A stretch of 64,000 nt of DNA from NCBI RefSeq assembly GCF_000150275.1, contig NW_002060946.1, positions 4,421,454-4,485,453 of the forward strand, given 5' to 3'. The DNA is from Trichoplax adhaerens. Lineage: Eukaryota > Animalia > Placozoa. Within the stretch, counting starts at the first letter, position 1. The number at the start of each line of letters is the position of its first letter. Positions 25,801 through 41,500 of this stretch are shown here, piece after piece. A model generated the notes under the pieces. It was not told the origin of the DNA. It made no database searches and was given only the letters and a program-made list of their open reading frames with translations. A program made the position numbers and the translations under genes.

Positions 25801-26140
25801 CTCGAAATGATTTGAGTGCTTTCAATAAGTCATCCGTTTTTAATTTCAGGCCACTATTGAGAAAGATGTAAACGATGCAAATATACTGTAAAGGCGTTTG
25901 CGATAAGTAAGCTCCAGGTTGTGGCACTAATATACCAAAGATCAAGAGTACTATCAAGCCAATCGGTAAATGATATGCAAATAAGATAGAAGAGATACGT
26001 TGTCGCCGTGTCAATGGCTGATTTTGTTCAGGTTTTTTTTCATCATCATGATTGATCTCATTTGCTGATTTCCTATCGCCATCCACATGATTATGATCGA
26101 TCGCTGCGCTATCATGGCGATTATCATCGTCGACTGCCAT
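22806..26140 (-). CDS. Bile acid:sodium symporter family protein (SBF-like; BASS4/SLC10A7 type), 3 exons
   Basis: Exons 26140-25580, 23720-23538 and 23363-22806, all phase 0. Motifs IFLNSGLKLKT, CCPCTISSGVLM|AGQAGGNYALAVMLTVTSNVLG, ASQKTLSIAV and IAHMTQILADS; multi-TM. Confidence 0.88.
24313..24359. repeat. 15-bp-arm inverted repeat within a degenerate ~170-bp repeated intron
   Basis: ACAGCTCTTAAATCA / TGATTTAAGAGCTGT with a partly self-complementary spacer. Confidence 0.85.
25063..25530. repeat. Diverged ~207-bp tandem duplication; the second copy carries a ~77-bp hairpin insertion
   Basis: Collinear blocks GTTACC…TAAGAAT…GGCGTA…TAAAGC…TTCATT…ATGGATTAAT…TGACAA…TTGAT.AGTTT…GATCATT…TAGACT start at ~25063 and ~25270. 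The insert is at 25403-25479. Confidence 0.7.
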
Positions 26141-26456
26141 GGATATCCTCTACCTTACTCTATCCAATTCGTCACCAATTGAAGAGGAAATGATTATCCA
26201 ATCAATCGATTACAAGCTTCAATTACTATCGGCAAGCAAAATCCAATCGATGATTGCCAAGATTTCCAACTGGATAACGTAATTTGTTGACAGCGAGGGA
26301 GGGCCAAAGCTGATGAGAGACTCCTTGCAAGATGGGATTGGATGTTAACGATTTGACTATATGACCTCGTCCATTCTAAGCCTGGTATTGGTACTGTAGC
26401 AGGATGATGAAAGACTGTAGATGCTGGTGTAATGCTTGATGGGATTTACAATACAA

Positions 26457-26484
26457 TGCACTGTACACTCTAGTGTACAGTGCA
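26457..26484. repeat. Perfect 13-bp-arm palindrome upstream of the symporter gene
   Basis: TGCACTGTACACT-CT-AGTGTACAGTGCA. Confidence 0.9.
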
Positions 26485-27312
26485 AACGTCATCGGAAGAT
26501 CATGGGGTGGGGCCCATTCAAGAAACAATGTTCGCTTGACTTAATCCTAAGTACGCCATCAGTACTTTGTAATCTAGTATAAATGGTATTGTTTCTGGAT
26601 CGGCATTGGCACTAGTCATCATCGAGTGACCCCCCCGACTAGTGAAGCTGAAGTGATTGCATCACCCAAGCACGGACGTGTTGACGAACGGATATTGAAA
26701 CAGGTGAGAGGGAGGACGGACTACTTCACTTCTTTTTGGGGGGGGGCATAGTTTTCATACTAAACTAATACAAATTCACGTCGCTTTGCTGACGGTTTAC
26801 GATAATGTACTTATTTGTTAATAATTAACAGATAGTATTACCATTCGACATTATATATATCCCGGTAATAGCCAGGCACTACTATATTCACAGCTATGCT
26901 TCTAGAATACTACTTTTCAATAATGCATTCACAGATGAAATGCTATGACTAACTAGTTTGAAAAAGGGATATACTGTACTAATTTGACTATTTAGTATGG
27001 AAAGTATAAAATAAGAAGATGAGTAGTCCCAGTCGATGGCCTATCTGCCTATGTCGGCAGGTTACCTACAAGAATTTCCTATTTTAAATTTGGGACATTC
27101 ACACAATTACCGAGGAATAGTGTTATAGTATCGAATATTTTTTCCCGCCTCGTACGAGTAAATTACTGTAAACTCCTGCAGGTTGTAGACAAACTCGAAC
27201 GTTAGGGAATGCCTAAATTTATATTGAATAAATCCTATGGGATGATTACCCTTAGTAATTACTAGCATATATATATATATATATATAATTAATTAATTTA
27301 ATTTAATGATAA

Positions 27313-28059
27313 CTAGTTGAGCCCGCTCGCTGCAATCATAATTCGACGTCAGGTAGTTAAAATGTTATCTAAAAATGAATAAGCCAACCATTTCTCAAAT
27401 ACTTCAGGAAATACGACGTTTGTTGGTTTGCGGCTCAACGCTATAATTCCAACTGATACATAGACGGAAAATGGACCAAGTTATTTCTATATTAGAAAAT
27501 GAACTAGTCAATCATTTCTCAAATACTTCAGGAAATACGATGTTTGTTTGCTTACGGCTCAATGCTATAATTCCAACTGATACATAGACGGAAAACGGAC
27601 CATGTTATTTCTATATTAGAAAATGAACAAGTCAGCCATTTCTCAAATACTTCAGGAAATACGATATCTGTTTACAATACCTGCAACTAAATGCTATAAT
27701 TCATTTAAATTCACGAAGTTACCAACTGATACACAGACGGACAACGGGCCAAATTACTTTCTATACTAAAAAATGAATAAGTCAACCATTTCTCCAATAC
27801 TTCAGGAAATACGATTGTTTGCTTACGGCTTAATGTATCTATTACTTTAAATTCACAAATTTGCCAACTGATACATAGACGGAAAACGGACCAAATTATT
27901 TTCTGTATTAAAAAATGAATAAGTCAACCATTTCTTACATACTTCAGGAAATATGGTATTTATTTGTTTGCGATTTAACGCAATAATGCCCGTTAATTCG
28001 CGAATTTCCTAACTGATACTCAGACAGAAAACGGGTTAAATGATTTTCTATAATATAGA
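27313..28059 (-). mobile_element. Putative non-autonomous Helitron with internal tandem repeats
   Basis: The minus strand begins TCTATATTATAG (28059) and ends GCAGCGAGCGGGCTCAACTAG (27313). It sits between A and T, the canonical Helitron 5'-TC…CTAG-3' arrangement with no TSD, and is next to an (AT)n tract. The 3' hairpin is weak. Confidence 0.55.
27371..28050. repeat. Tandem repeat, 5 diverged copies of ~124-150 bp
   Basis: Unit AAAATGAA…CCATTTCTCAAATACTTCAGGAAATACGA…CCAACTGATACATAGACGGAAAACGGACC…TTATTTCTATATTAG starts at ~27371, 27496, 27620, 27770 and 27911. Confidence 0.92.
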
Positions 28060-28869
28060 TTATTAACATCGAAATATGGACAAACTTGAAATTGGACAGC
28101 TATCAAATTAATGCTGAAGCTCTATGAAGTTATTATTTACATCATTATATGCAATGAAAATTGATACTTTCAATGATAAAGAGTGTCATCTTCAAGATCT
28201 GCATTACTACTATTAAAATTGTGATTTTTTAGTTAAAAGGAAATGAATGAAATCCATGAATCGTTCCTAAAGTGTAAAAAATTGTTGTGGCTTAAACAAC
28301 ATTTCTTGTCAGTTAAATTATATATTGAGCTATAAATGTGGAATTATACTACACATTATAGCGAATAGCTTTAATAATATTTCCGAGCAGCTACTTTTAC
28401 CAGTGTAGTTTACTTTCTTTCGCTGCCAAACATAGGAGCTGGTATTCTATTTGTGGTACTGTGATTTAACCTTTTTATTTTATAGATATATAAACAAAAA
28501 TCAATTTAACATCTCTGAAGGCAAGATCGAGGTAACTTTATCATCGACCTTTAGAATTATAGAAGGCTATCATTTTTATATTATTTCTGATCATGAAATA
28601 ATTTATTTAATCCGCCATTGTAACTGCATCCATTTGTTGCCGACAATATTATCTACACACATAGTACAAATAATACTCGCATATTAATAGAAGAAAATAC
28701 TTGAAATATAAACAGAGTTATTGTGTTGCAATTAGTAGCCGATACTGAATTTATCGTACAGATGGACCACAGATAATGGTATAAAACAGTTTAAAAAGAC
28801 ATCTTTAGGCTGTATCAACAAGAATGAATTTCAATATAGATACTTCCATATTGAAAGATATTGTTGCGG

Positions 28870-31353
28870 CTACAATCTTTTCGTCGTAATATTAAAATTA
28901 AAATCGGTGGCATTTATAGCATTATCCAAGGCGGAAGATAGTAAAGTTTGAGTCTCAGCTTCTGTAAGAGAGATTTCGTTACATACTGTTTGACAACCAT
29001 TATCAACAGTAAATACTGGGTCTTCTTTCGAGTGCTCCAATAACGGGGTAAAATTACTATCAACCTTATATGGCTCTTGATTTGACGCGAGATTCTCTTT
29101 AAGCGAATGGTGACAAGAATTAGATAATCCATATTTACCTTTTTCTTTATCACATGCTTCAAGGTCAACGGTATCGATGCTATCTAAAAATTTCTGTAAT
29201 TCTTCAACGTTGATGGTGCTAAACTGTGTTTGAGTGCCAGAATCAATCATATCAGCATATTCTGATAAAGTCGTTTGAACTTTGACGTCGAAATGGCGAG
29301 GTATATCTGAATAATTTAAATTTCTAGTACTTTGTGATGGTTCAGTATATATGCTTTTATCGGTTGCGGTAACGCCATTAAAATCAATATCATCAACAGT
29401 CAGATTATTATCACCGCTTAACGTCGAGGAGCAACAGTTGTTAAAGGTTTGTGGCGTTTGCGGTACTAGAAGTAAATTAATACCAAAGGAAAATCAAGAT
29501 ACAAGCTCAAGTGCATCCTGGTAAACGTAAATTTCATTATACTGACTCAATACAGTATACTGTAATAGCTTTTCGTATATATATAAGCGTTCTTCAAGTT
29601 TTACAACATCTTTCACTATCTACTGAGATAAACATCAACTATAAAGCAATACATTACTGTATATCATTACCGAAATGAATAGTCTGATCCTCAGTATAGG
29701 CGTCACCTCCTAGTAAATTACATTGAACATCTTTGCTAGCTGATTGTCTGTCTTGCGTCTGAGTACAAGTGCTAATAACATCAGCACTCGTAGTCTGGAC
29801 ATAGTCGTCTGAAATCGATAAGTAAGTCATGGAACATTTGTTCACCAATCTTTCAGTAGCTTCATCCCGGTAGGTCTGGATTTGTGTCAGCGATGGTGTT
29901 TGTGTTCCATAAGAAACCAGCAGCCTGTTACTGCAATTACTATCGATACCTTCAGTTTGTGTTTCTACGGAAAATAACATCTACAAATGGGATACACAAA
30001 AAAATGTTAGTCTAATGCTACTATCCTTACCATTGTAAAAAAAATGATTACCGTTAGCAACTAATGAATAAATACATAGTTTACAAAACTTTTTTTAAAA
30101 CAAGAAGAAAGTTAGCTACTTTATTTATATTACTTCAGAGGCAGTCAATTCATGATTTCCATTTTTATTGACCTCCTTCAAGACTGGTTGAGGTAGTATA
30201 GGGCGATATCGTGCACTTTTCAAATTTCCTGTAGAGGTAAAAAGATTCTTTAGAGGATAGCCCTATCCTTTCATTATCTCGTAATTACAACATCAAGATA
30301 GCATAAATAGTGGAGAAGCAGTACTGTGTTTCGTTTTGCCATTTAGATCTTTACAAGTCTATACCTGTACCAGAGTCTTTCTCGATGATATTGTCGTTCC
30401 TTAAATTTTCGTGTCTATAGTTGGTTGTAATAGTGAATGATTGCAAGATCATATGTTTATAAGAGTACAAGCATATACCAAGCTTACTTAGCAATTATAT
30501 ACAATAAAGTTGAATTGACCTTAACCATGACTTAAAGCGTGAATACGATAATAATAGAATTGAAATTGGCGAAATGCAAATAGAATGATTCTAAAAATTT
30601 CATGATTTGATAACACCTTTGTGATTACTGTATTATTGCACATTTGCAAAATGGATACAGATTTATGCCTGCATTGAAATTGGACTTTAATAGCTATTGA
30701 CAGTATTGTCGTAAAGATTTAGTTGGCATCACTTACGCTACATAATTCGAGTTGTTGCTTTCTGACATCTGATGAGATGTGCGCTTAAGGTGCATTAAGA
30801 GGGCATGTTTATTAAATTGCTTTTTGCAAGTCCCACACTGGAATAGCTTTCCACATAATTGTTGATGACGTTTGCAAACATCGGCCATTCCGAAAGATTT
30901 CGTGCAATTGATGCAGTGAAATTTCTTTTCACCATGGATAGATAAGTAATGCTGTAGATATAGAAGATACTGGAAATCAGATAGGTAATCTACCAAGACG
31001 TAGGATCAAGCTTGTTGAGCGCGAAATTAAATAAAAGTTACCTGTTTTACTTGTGAAAATCGATTAAAGGGTCTGTTACTATCTTTACTTCTTGAGCATC
31101 CTGTTATTGGGCAATAGTAATGACGTTTAGGTGGTCCTTTATGATCATTCTTATGCTGGCGAGTGTTGTGGTGTGGATTGTAAACTTGGTTATGACTCAA
31201 TCCAGTGGTTATTCGATGGATTTTAGCTAAGTGCATTTTCAAAGCGGAAGGATTGGAGAATAACTTGCCACATTTATCCACAGGACAAAGAACGCGGTTC
31301 TGGATGACGTTCAACTCCTCTTCAGTAGGACATATCGTTTCGATTGATTCCAT
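28870..31353 (-). CDS. ATMIN: ATM interactor / ASCIZ zinc-finger transcription factor, 6 exons
   Basis: N-terminal C2H2 fingers (CPVDKCGK…LKMHLAKIH, YYCPITGCSR…RPFNRFSQVKQHYLSIHGEKKFHC) and a C-terminal low-complexity region with many TQT/xQT motifs. Exons ~31353-31042, 30951-30737, ~30414-30365, ~30228-30134, 29980-29671 and 29465-28870 are phase-consistent. Confidence 0.9.
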
Positions 31354-34300
31354 GCTTGAGTCTTTCTAAATTTATAGTTAGCATAATAGATAACCTGTAA
31401 ATATGACGGATTAATAATACGTGATTTAGTTGACGTAAAGTTAAGTATCTTTGATTTTTATAATTACGGTTAATTAAGATTTCTTTTGAATCCTCTTCTT
31501 GTTCTGTGATGCTGTAATATATATGTATATCTAAGAACTAGGTAATGCAATCTTGGATACTCGTAAAAGTAATTCTATGGACGTTCTTTATAATTATTTG
31601 CCTGACATTAATACGACAAGTACTATATCTGTAGTCATTCTAGCGGTACACTTACAAGTATAGTATACTCATCATAATCAATTTTGGAAATTGCCATAGT
31701 AAATAAACCGCTACCAAGAGATTAGTTTACAGTAATTGCAAACGTATGTATTCAACTCCTGTTAATGAATAGATGTAGCCTATACGAACTGTCAATAATA
31801 TTATTATCTAAGTTGTTTAAGATGGCTTAAAGTACATCCATTGAATACAAGTAGTGATCGTTAGTTTTTCAATATCGTTATTTAAATTGTTTGTCATCAC
31901 TATTAAAATGTAACTGGTAAATTACCCATTTTGATGAACGATCATAAAATCTTGAATAAGCTGTCAATGCAATCTACGTAAGTGAAAATATCCTGCCAGT
32001 TAGGCTACTATTAGGTCATTGCAGGATTTGATCAACTTGTTTGTTGTTGATTGTAGGTCATGATCGTTGTGATGCAATTATCTCATCACTAGACTGTCCT
32101 AATATACGAGTAGATAAATCACTTACGGTGAAATGAAATTTTGTAGCAGTCGTTCGTCTTAGTTGGTGCCATATAGATGTAAACTTGGTTCGATGGCGAT
32201 TATTTGCATCGTTTAGAGACTTGATAATGATTATAATTTCCAAAAGTAGGTGTAGTAAGGGAAATCACCAATGTTGACAGTACACAGCAAGTACTACCAT
32301 GCTATCGATGACCTTTCAACGATCTTTCATGTTACACAATTTCCTTCATCGCTTAGAAAGGAAAGAATGAGGATTGTGATGTTATGGCTATAGCTATGAG
32401 TGATTAAAATTTCTTCCTCGTAGGAATGAAGATCTTACAAGAATTTGGTGATGGCGACAATTGGTTTCCATAGCAAGCATCTCAATAGATGGCGTAAAGA
32501 GATTGTTTAATTACAGGCGTTAGACTGGTCAGAGGCGAGCGTTCTAGCACAGTAGCTCGAGTATAATATGTGTAAAACGATTATCACCCCATAGGTCAAT
32601 TTTTCTGAGTTCGATAACTTAAATATACACTCTATTATGGTGACAGCTCATTTTACACAATAAGTAGACATCATCGAGTTACGATATAGACATACAGACA
32701 GACAGACCACCTCATTCCAAGTCTATCACCTAGAGTGCTCATACATCGCTCAAATAATCATAGAATACATTCTTCAATAAGAAAAAAATCTGTATTCGTA
32801 TGGCATCAAGACTTGCACGCTTTCACCGCAAGCGTGGAATAGTAGAGAATCTGAGTACAGTATTTACACAGTTGGAGAATTTGAATGGTTTTCTATAAGA
32901 CTCGTTGCTATGTATTATACAGTATATTCTAGGCTATCGCAGTCCCACCACTTCTTAGAGACGCACCACCACCAGCCTGAACTCATTTTCTACTTCCTTC
33001 CATTGCAAAATATTACCTAAAATAATTTGCCAACATTATATCTACCTTCTCCAAGTTGGAAATATCCAAGGTAAATGATGTTGATGTTGAATGATGTATT
33101 TACTTGTAGGATATCTAGTGTACGATCTTAATTATCAATCGTCGATTATGGTCGAGGGTAAAATAATCCACACCTTGTGATCAGAATTTGTACAGATGGC
33201 CTACGTGGAGACGCGATCAAGGTTGGAGATCGGATTGAATGGATGCAGTTAACTTGCAAGCCATATTTATAGATAGTCCTTGATTGATCCCATGTTTTTT
33301 GACTTGAATTTCTTGAGATTAGGCAATATTCTACCTTGTCAACTGTGTGATAGACTAGTTCTGTTATTATTTTAACTGTTGATGATATTGTTGGCTAACG
33401 ATGGTGAAAACTACTCCAGCTTTTCTAACCCAAATCATCAGCCGATCATTTAAACCATTGTTTAGTGTGATCAAGATCCAACACAATATTCATCATCTGT
33501 TCTTTCTCTATCTAGTTATTTTAATCGCCTTGACACTATTCTCTATTCCCAACCTGATATTCAACTAGAGTCATTGGATAGAATAATCTCCTCGCTAACT
33601 ACGTTACAACCATCTCTTAAATACAATGATCGCGATCATATTTGTAAAGGATAGCTGGCCTTAGACTTGAAAGTTTTTTTGTTTCCATCTTCTTTCCGTA
33701 ACGGTCATCCACCAACTTGATATCCTAATATTGAAACATAGGATTGAACCGCAATCATTGGCTAAAAAGATCTTTAAATTACTACTTTACAGTTTAGCCC
33801 AAAACACCATCATCGTTTAACATACAATCACTTATGTAACGGTAGTTTTCCCTTGGATGTGGAGTTACCTTATTACATAATGGCTGCAACCATTGTTTAC
33901 AGAGCATATATTCTCTTCATTTTACTCTTCGCTAAATGTAGTTTTTCCATCGTCTTCATACTATTGGATAAATTTTATACTTCTGATTGGCTGCAATTGA
34001 TTTGTCATCCCTATCGGCAGTATGCAATGCTACAAAGGCTATCCTGATTAATCATCAACAAAAAACTACCATACGTTTACAAAACAATTGTTGTTCCATT
34101 CAATCTGACCATTGATTAATATCGACTTTTTTTTTGCAATTTAGGACTATTTCAACCACGAACTAGAAGAGTGAACACCAATTAGTAGCGCTATACAATC
34201 ACTACCAAGCGCTTTCTTCACTCGGTTACAGGTATAACCCTGACAGATTGGATCCTATAATGACATTCATTTTGATACCAGCATGAAAAAAAAAATAACA

Positions 34301-35536
34301 ACAACAGCAATAAATTTTGAACGGTAATCATCATGATATTCTTTTTTATGTAGGTGTTGCTAAGCCTTACAGTTACTGTAATAGCTAGTAATTACGATAG
34401 CATTGATGGACTTTCCGAGTATGCATGGTAAGTAATAAATCATTAAAGTTATTTTATGTAATACATGTACGCGTATAATTGAATGATGAGCAAATTCCCG
34501 TTAAAATCTTCATTTTATTCAAGTCACTATGCCGTATAATCGATACAGTAACATAACATGTAATGCAGGCCTTTTAATTGCCTATTTGATTATGTTAAAT
34601 CATTTTGTCCGATCTTATCAAATCCTTCCTTAAACAATCCCCGAATAATAGCGACTATTGAAGTTCAATGCGATCCAAATTGTAATACATCGATAGTCCG
34701 ATATTATTGTTCACGGATTAAAAGAAGACTTGCATTCCTAATCGTACAACATTGTCAGTAATAATTAATTATTAGAAAGTAGTTATTAATATAGGCTAGA
34801 ATTAATGGTAAACTGCGTTACATGGATAGTTGACGTTGTGAACATAGAGAATATCATCATCATCTACGGATTAAAGGAAAAAGAATTTTACATTTCTAGT
34901 CATATACTGTAATACTGTACCATTGGGATAACATTAATCGACGGTTTTTGATCGCTAGAACTATTGTACTATGAAATTGTAATACCTATTTCATTAGATC
35001 AGTCCTCCTTGTCTTAGCTTCAATGCAGCACAGAGCAACTAATAAAACATTTCAGTCTATAGGTTAATATCTACAATGATTCCTGTACTTCATGCAGTAT
35101 AACATTAGAAAACATACATTGTACATAAACGAATAGTTTGTTGAATTGCCAACGTCAACATTACAAACTTTCTTCTATAAATTGATCCTTGTTTAATCGT
35201 ATATTTTTAATACTTATTGTAAAAAGAATTGCCTGCCTAGTTTACAACAACTACTTCCTTTTTTTTATCCGAGAAATGGAAAAAAATTTAAATTTAACTA
35301 TTGCTTGGATTTTAAAATATCGCAATTCTTTGATACCAACTGTATGATAAAAATATCCACGTCCATCGGCGTTGGCCTATCACTAAATTTGTTGCACGTA
35401 GACTACCGTTCGGTAGTTATAAATATTAAAAAGGACTGTATTCTTAAAACTGTGTCTCTAATAGGACGACTTTGATCAGTTCATTAACTTTTGCATATTA
35501 CATATCTATCCATTAGAACTGCTAAAATTAAAATAG

Positions 35537-37164
<1,628 letters not shown>

Positions 37165-38574
37165 GGCATTAAAGATATAAATAAAACCCAACACGATAAT
37201 TAATTAATTTTAATTAATGCTCTGGGACTTATATCACTGTATGATTCAATGTACTTGATGTGTCATGTGTTATTAACGATATTTACCCCGCATTGCATTA
37301 TCACCTATATGTTATCAGCGTTTATATTATTTGGGTAGTTCTACGTTGATCAAATCTACCTTCGAGTAGAAGATAATTTTCTGCATGGAAAAAAATTATG
37401 ATCAAAGTTGAAAAAATTTTTGTGTATAAGAATTTTATGAACCAAGAGTATTCTTTACAAGATCGATATTTATATTAATTTGCAAACAGATCATAAAGCA
37501 TATTTAGAATTAATAGATGTCTACCCTGGCGGTTTGTACCACTGCTAAAATACCAACTGGACCCAACTGTATCTTAGTATTATAGTATATATATACGAGT
37601 ATAAAGAAAGAATTCTCTTCATAAATTATTAACGTTAAGAAATTTACTGGTTATGTTTTATTAATTGCACATATAAAAATGCGGCACGATTTTTGCAATA
37701 TATTTTGTATGTACGTACTTGATGATATCGCTTCTTACTATATATCATAGCGACTCGACTTGAGAAATATCTGAAATAAGTACGATACAGCCCAGAATGG
37801 TAGTGATGTTAGCAGTATGCGCTTGTGTATTGAACGTAAGATGACCTGATAAGCAAGTAATGACTAGAAAAACAAAAAAATTACGCTGCCGAACTTAAGA
37901 GAGACTGTGTAGCTCACTTTATTGAAATTAACTTATACTGATAGTGCTACTTCTGCAAGCAAAATTTAGAAACAGCAAACGACTTTCTAGAGCAAGCTAT
38001 GATACCCGTATATGTACATAATGATGATAAGATGCAACATCATGTGCTACAGGTACATAGAATTATCAAGACCTAAGGTCGTATGTTTTTAGCTGCATCT
38101 CAAACATTTCAATGCATATTCATAAAATAATACAAAATGTATACCTTTATTACTTATCTCTTCATTTTTCTTATAAAGCATTACAATATGCTCATTTAGA
38201 GTACGAGTATACATGCTTTAATCTCAAGTGTTTTTGTCATAAATCCGATTTAATGAATAAAAACGTTAAGAAATTATTCTGTAAGTCACCTATTTGTGAT
38301 ATATCCTTCATGAGTAAATTATTCAGAGATACCAATAGTTACAGCCAATTAATATAAATGTAGATAGCCAAAGCCTGTGTTTAAGTTTTAAGTAGTAATA
38401 TCGATACATTATATATCTACTGTACAATGGGAAATTTAGTACAAGCTATACTGACGGAATGCTGCTAATGTATAAATCTATCGAAACCTGTATTTCATTC
38501 ACAAACGATTTACCAAAACAGCATTATCAAAGTTGTAATAGCTTATTAACTTAAATTAATGCAGCCAAGAAAAG

Positions 38575-41500
38575 CTATTCGCCAATATTTACAAAATTAT
38601 AGTCTTCGCAACAACAACCACAACCTAACGCACAACAATTATTGCTTTCGAACCACTTCTTTAAATGATGATAGTGACCTCCATGATTGCATTTGAAGCA
38701 AAAAATGGATATCCCTGCATAAATATCATAGCAGACTAATTAAAAGGGTTTTCAGAATTGTTTAAAATTACGAAAACTATCACATCACGTTCTCTATTGT
38801 TACGCACCTTTTACGTGACCATTGCAAACAGAACACCTAAATTGGTGATGCTTACAATCCTTACAAACAGTTTCGTTTGTTCTGTTTACTTCGTGTGGAA
38901 CTAAGAATTCTGCTTGGATGCAATAAAAAATACGATAATATGAAATATCTTAAGCATGTTTTTATTTGCCATTTTGAATTATTTCGTACCCAAACTGTTG
39001 CCACTATCTTTCTTTAAATATTTCATAATTTCAGCTCTAGAAATTAAAAATCCCCAGCTATACAATATGTTAGAGTAGGATTTGATGAAAGAAATGTATT
39101 GTTTTCTTCTTGATGGATCTAAAAGGCAACATTGACGCTTAGACTGATCCTAAATTGCAACAGAAATTTCGATATTGTCAATGAACTAATATACTCGTAT
39201 AATAAGAGCGCTTAGTAAGAACCTTACAACAGTATAATTTAAAGAAGTACGAGTAGCTGGCTAGTCTATCATTACCGATGAAATGTATCCGGTTCCCCCT
39301 AGTAAACAAATCATCATTGCTAATGTTTGGACATCCCTTAAATTGATATAGTAATCAATTCTACAAAAATTGATATAAACGAACATTAACGTTACGCATC
39401 ATGAATTTAAACGACAAATCATTTAAACTACGTCTACTCACAATGACATTACTAGCTTCCTTCCAAATGGATGAACATAGAAAGGAGAAGACCAGGGATC
39501 AGATTCATCAAACGACAGATTATTAACGGTAATTTCTGATAAGATCGACCATGTTTGGATCAAATCACTCCTGCCAATCAGCTCAGCCAACTGGATGTTT
39601 GCCTTACATGCTTCAGATGTATATTTTTCATTATGGAGTAATCTAAATATATACGGTATAGTTTAAAGCAGACTTAAAAGTGGTTTGCCTATCGAAGAGT
39701 AATACTATTTCATTACGATGTTTTCCGTAATAAAATAATAGCAATTACTTAATACAATTGAAGGTTCCTTAAATTGATACACCACCGAGCAATTAAACTA
39801 AAGCTACATCCTAAATTCAGTCAGTAGTATGAAACTTACTTGTAATCCTTTCCTAATTGCTTGTTGACAACTTCTAATTTTGTTAAATCACTAATTGCCA
39901 CCATAAATTTTAAGCGAGATTCATTGGAAACACTTCTCTCTAAAAATTTTGGCTGATACAAAAAACTGTTAGTGTATTTTAAACTTATTGACATCTACTA
40001 GCACAACATTATTACCAAACACCTATACTTTTAAAGTCTAGTCTACAATGTTATGGCCTTGTTATATCATTTACGTTTGAAGAAACAGGTTCAATATTTT
40101 CTACATGAGATGGATTTTGTCTATTTTCCAAAGTATCACTACTATGGCCTCGCATGATGTGCTTTTGTGATTTTTTAACTGGTACTGATACTTGTCGGGA
40201 ATAAATAATAGAGTTTCCATGCTTTCGAATTGGTTCAACCCTAATATTAATTTACATAGAATGTATAAATAATGAAGTTATAGCTATAGATTAATTACTA
40301 GTGCTAATAATTTCATTATTAAATAACTAAGGTACAATATTTATTAATCATTTACAACGCTAGATAAACGAGATTATTCTATCATGATTACTAACTCTGT
40401 ATAGCTTTCCTTAGCTCTCTTTTCAGATTCTTCAGAAAAGGGTCGATGAAAGCTAACAAATAGACCTATTAATAAATTTAGTGAAAATGGCTTAGTAAAA
40501 GAAATCATCATTGATTTTCGATAAGGTAGCAGTGCTCGCATACAACCTGATGAATTAAATCTACCACCGCTTGTTCTAGCTGGTGGAACACGCGTGGATG
40601 GATCAGGTGGCTTACCGGGATCATCACGACCCTAGCATTGTAGTATTATTGAATAATTCCTTCACTAAGTTTTGACTGCCATTAAGAATACATTGGCAAT
40701 TAACAATTTTTTACATACTATTCACTACCAATAAAACACCTTACCGATAGAAAGGAGTAAATTTGATTAATACATGCTTCAAGGCAGTTTCTACCCATAT
40801 AATTTGCTGCCTCTTCATTCAGAGACTGTACACGGAGCAAAATGAACAGCATTTAATATACAATTTAAAATGAATGAAAAGACGCTAGTCAATTTGTCGT
40901 ACCGTTGACAACTGGCCCTGCAAATTATTAGGAAGAGTAGTAGGGTGAACAAATTTTATCCTTGGTGGTGCACTCGGATAGTGTTCCGGAAAATTGATAT
41001 TAATGCTGACGGTGAATTCAGTGTACTTGCCAGTTACTAAACAGCTACGATTTTTAAAATCCTACGAAATAGGAAGAAAATAACATTGAAATTGAAGTGA
41101 TCATGTCGCTATAACCTAATTTCGATATGAAAAAATATTTAAGCCTTAAGTTTAATACATACCTGTAGTACTTTTAATGGCTGATAACTAGTGAAGCATA
41201 TGTTATTGTATTCTTGATCGAATGCTAACTGTCTCTGCTGTGATATCGAGCTTGATTTTCTGATTTTTGAACGGTGATCATTGCTTTTATCAGTTACAGA
41301 ATTATTTGAATACTGGTATTCCGACGAAGTTTCCTTTTCTGGACCGATAAACTTCTAACAATATAAAACTTATTATACTCATGCCCGAAATAGACTATAC
41401 CATTGGTAAGGTATTAACTGATTATAATCAATACAATTTAGTAACATTACATTATGTCTAAAATATAAGATACTCACTGCGATCATTTCTTTATCAATTG

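Noticed and set aside
28510-28560. Weak hairpin downstream of ATMIN resembling a SECIS
   Set aside because: Helix spacing is too short and ATMIN has no in-frame UGA.
32685-32710. (GACA)n tract suggestive of a Helentron/HINE remnant
   Set aside because: No terminal or subterminal repeats were identified around it.
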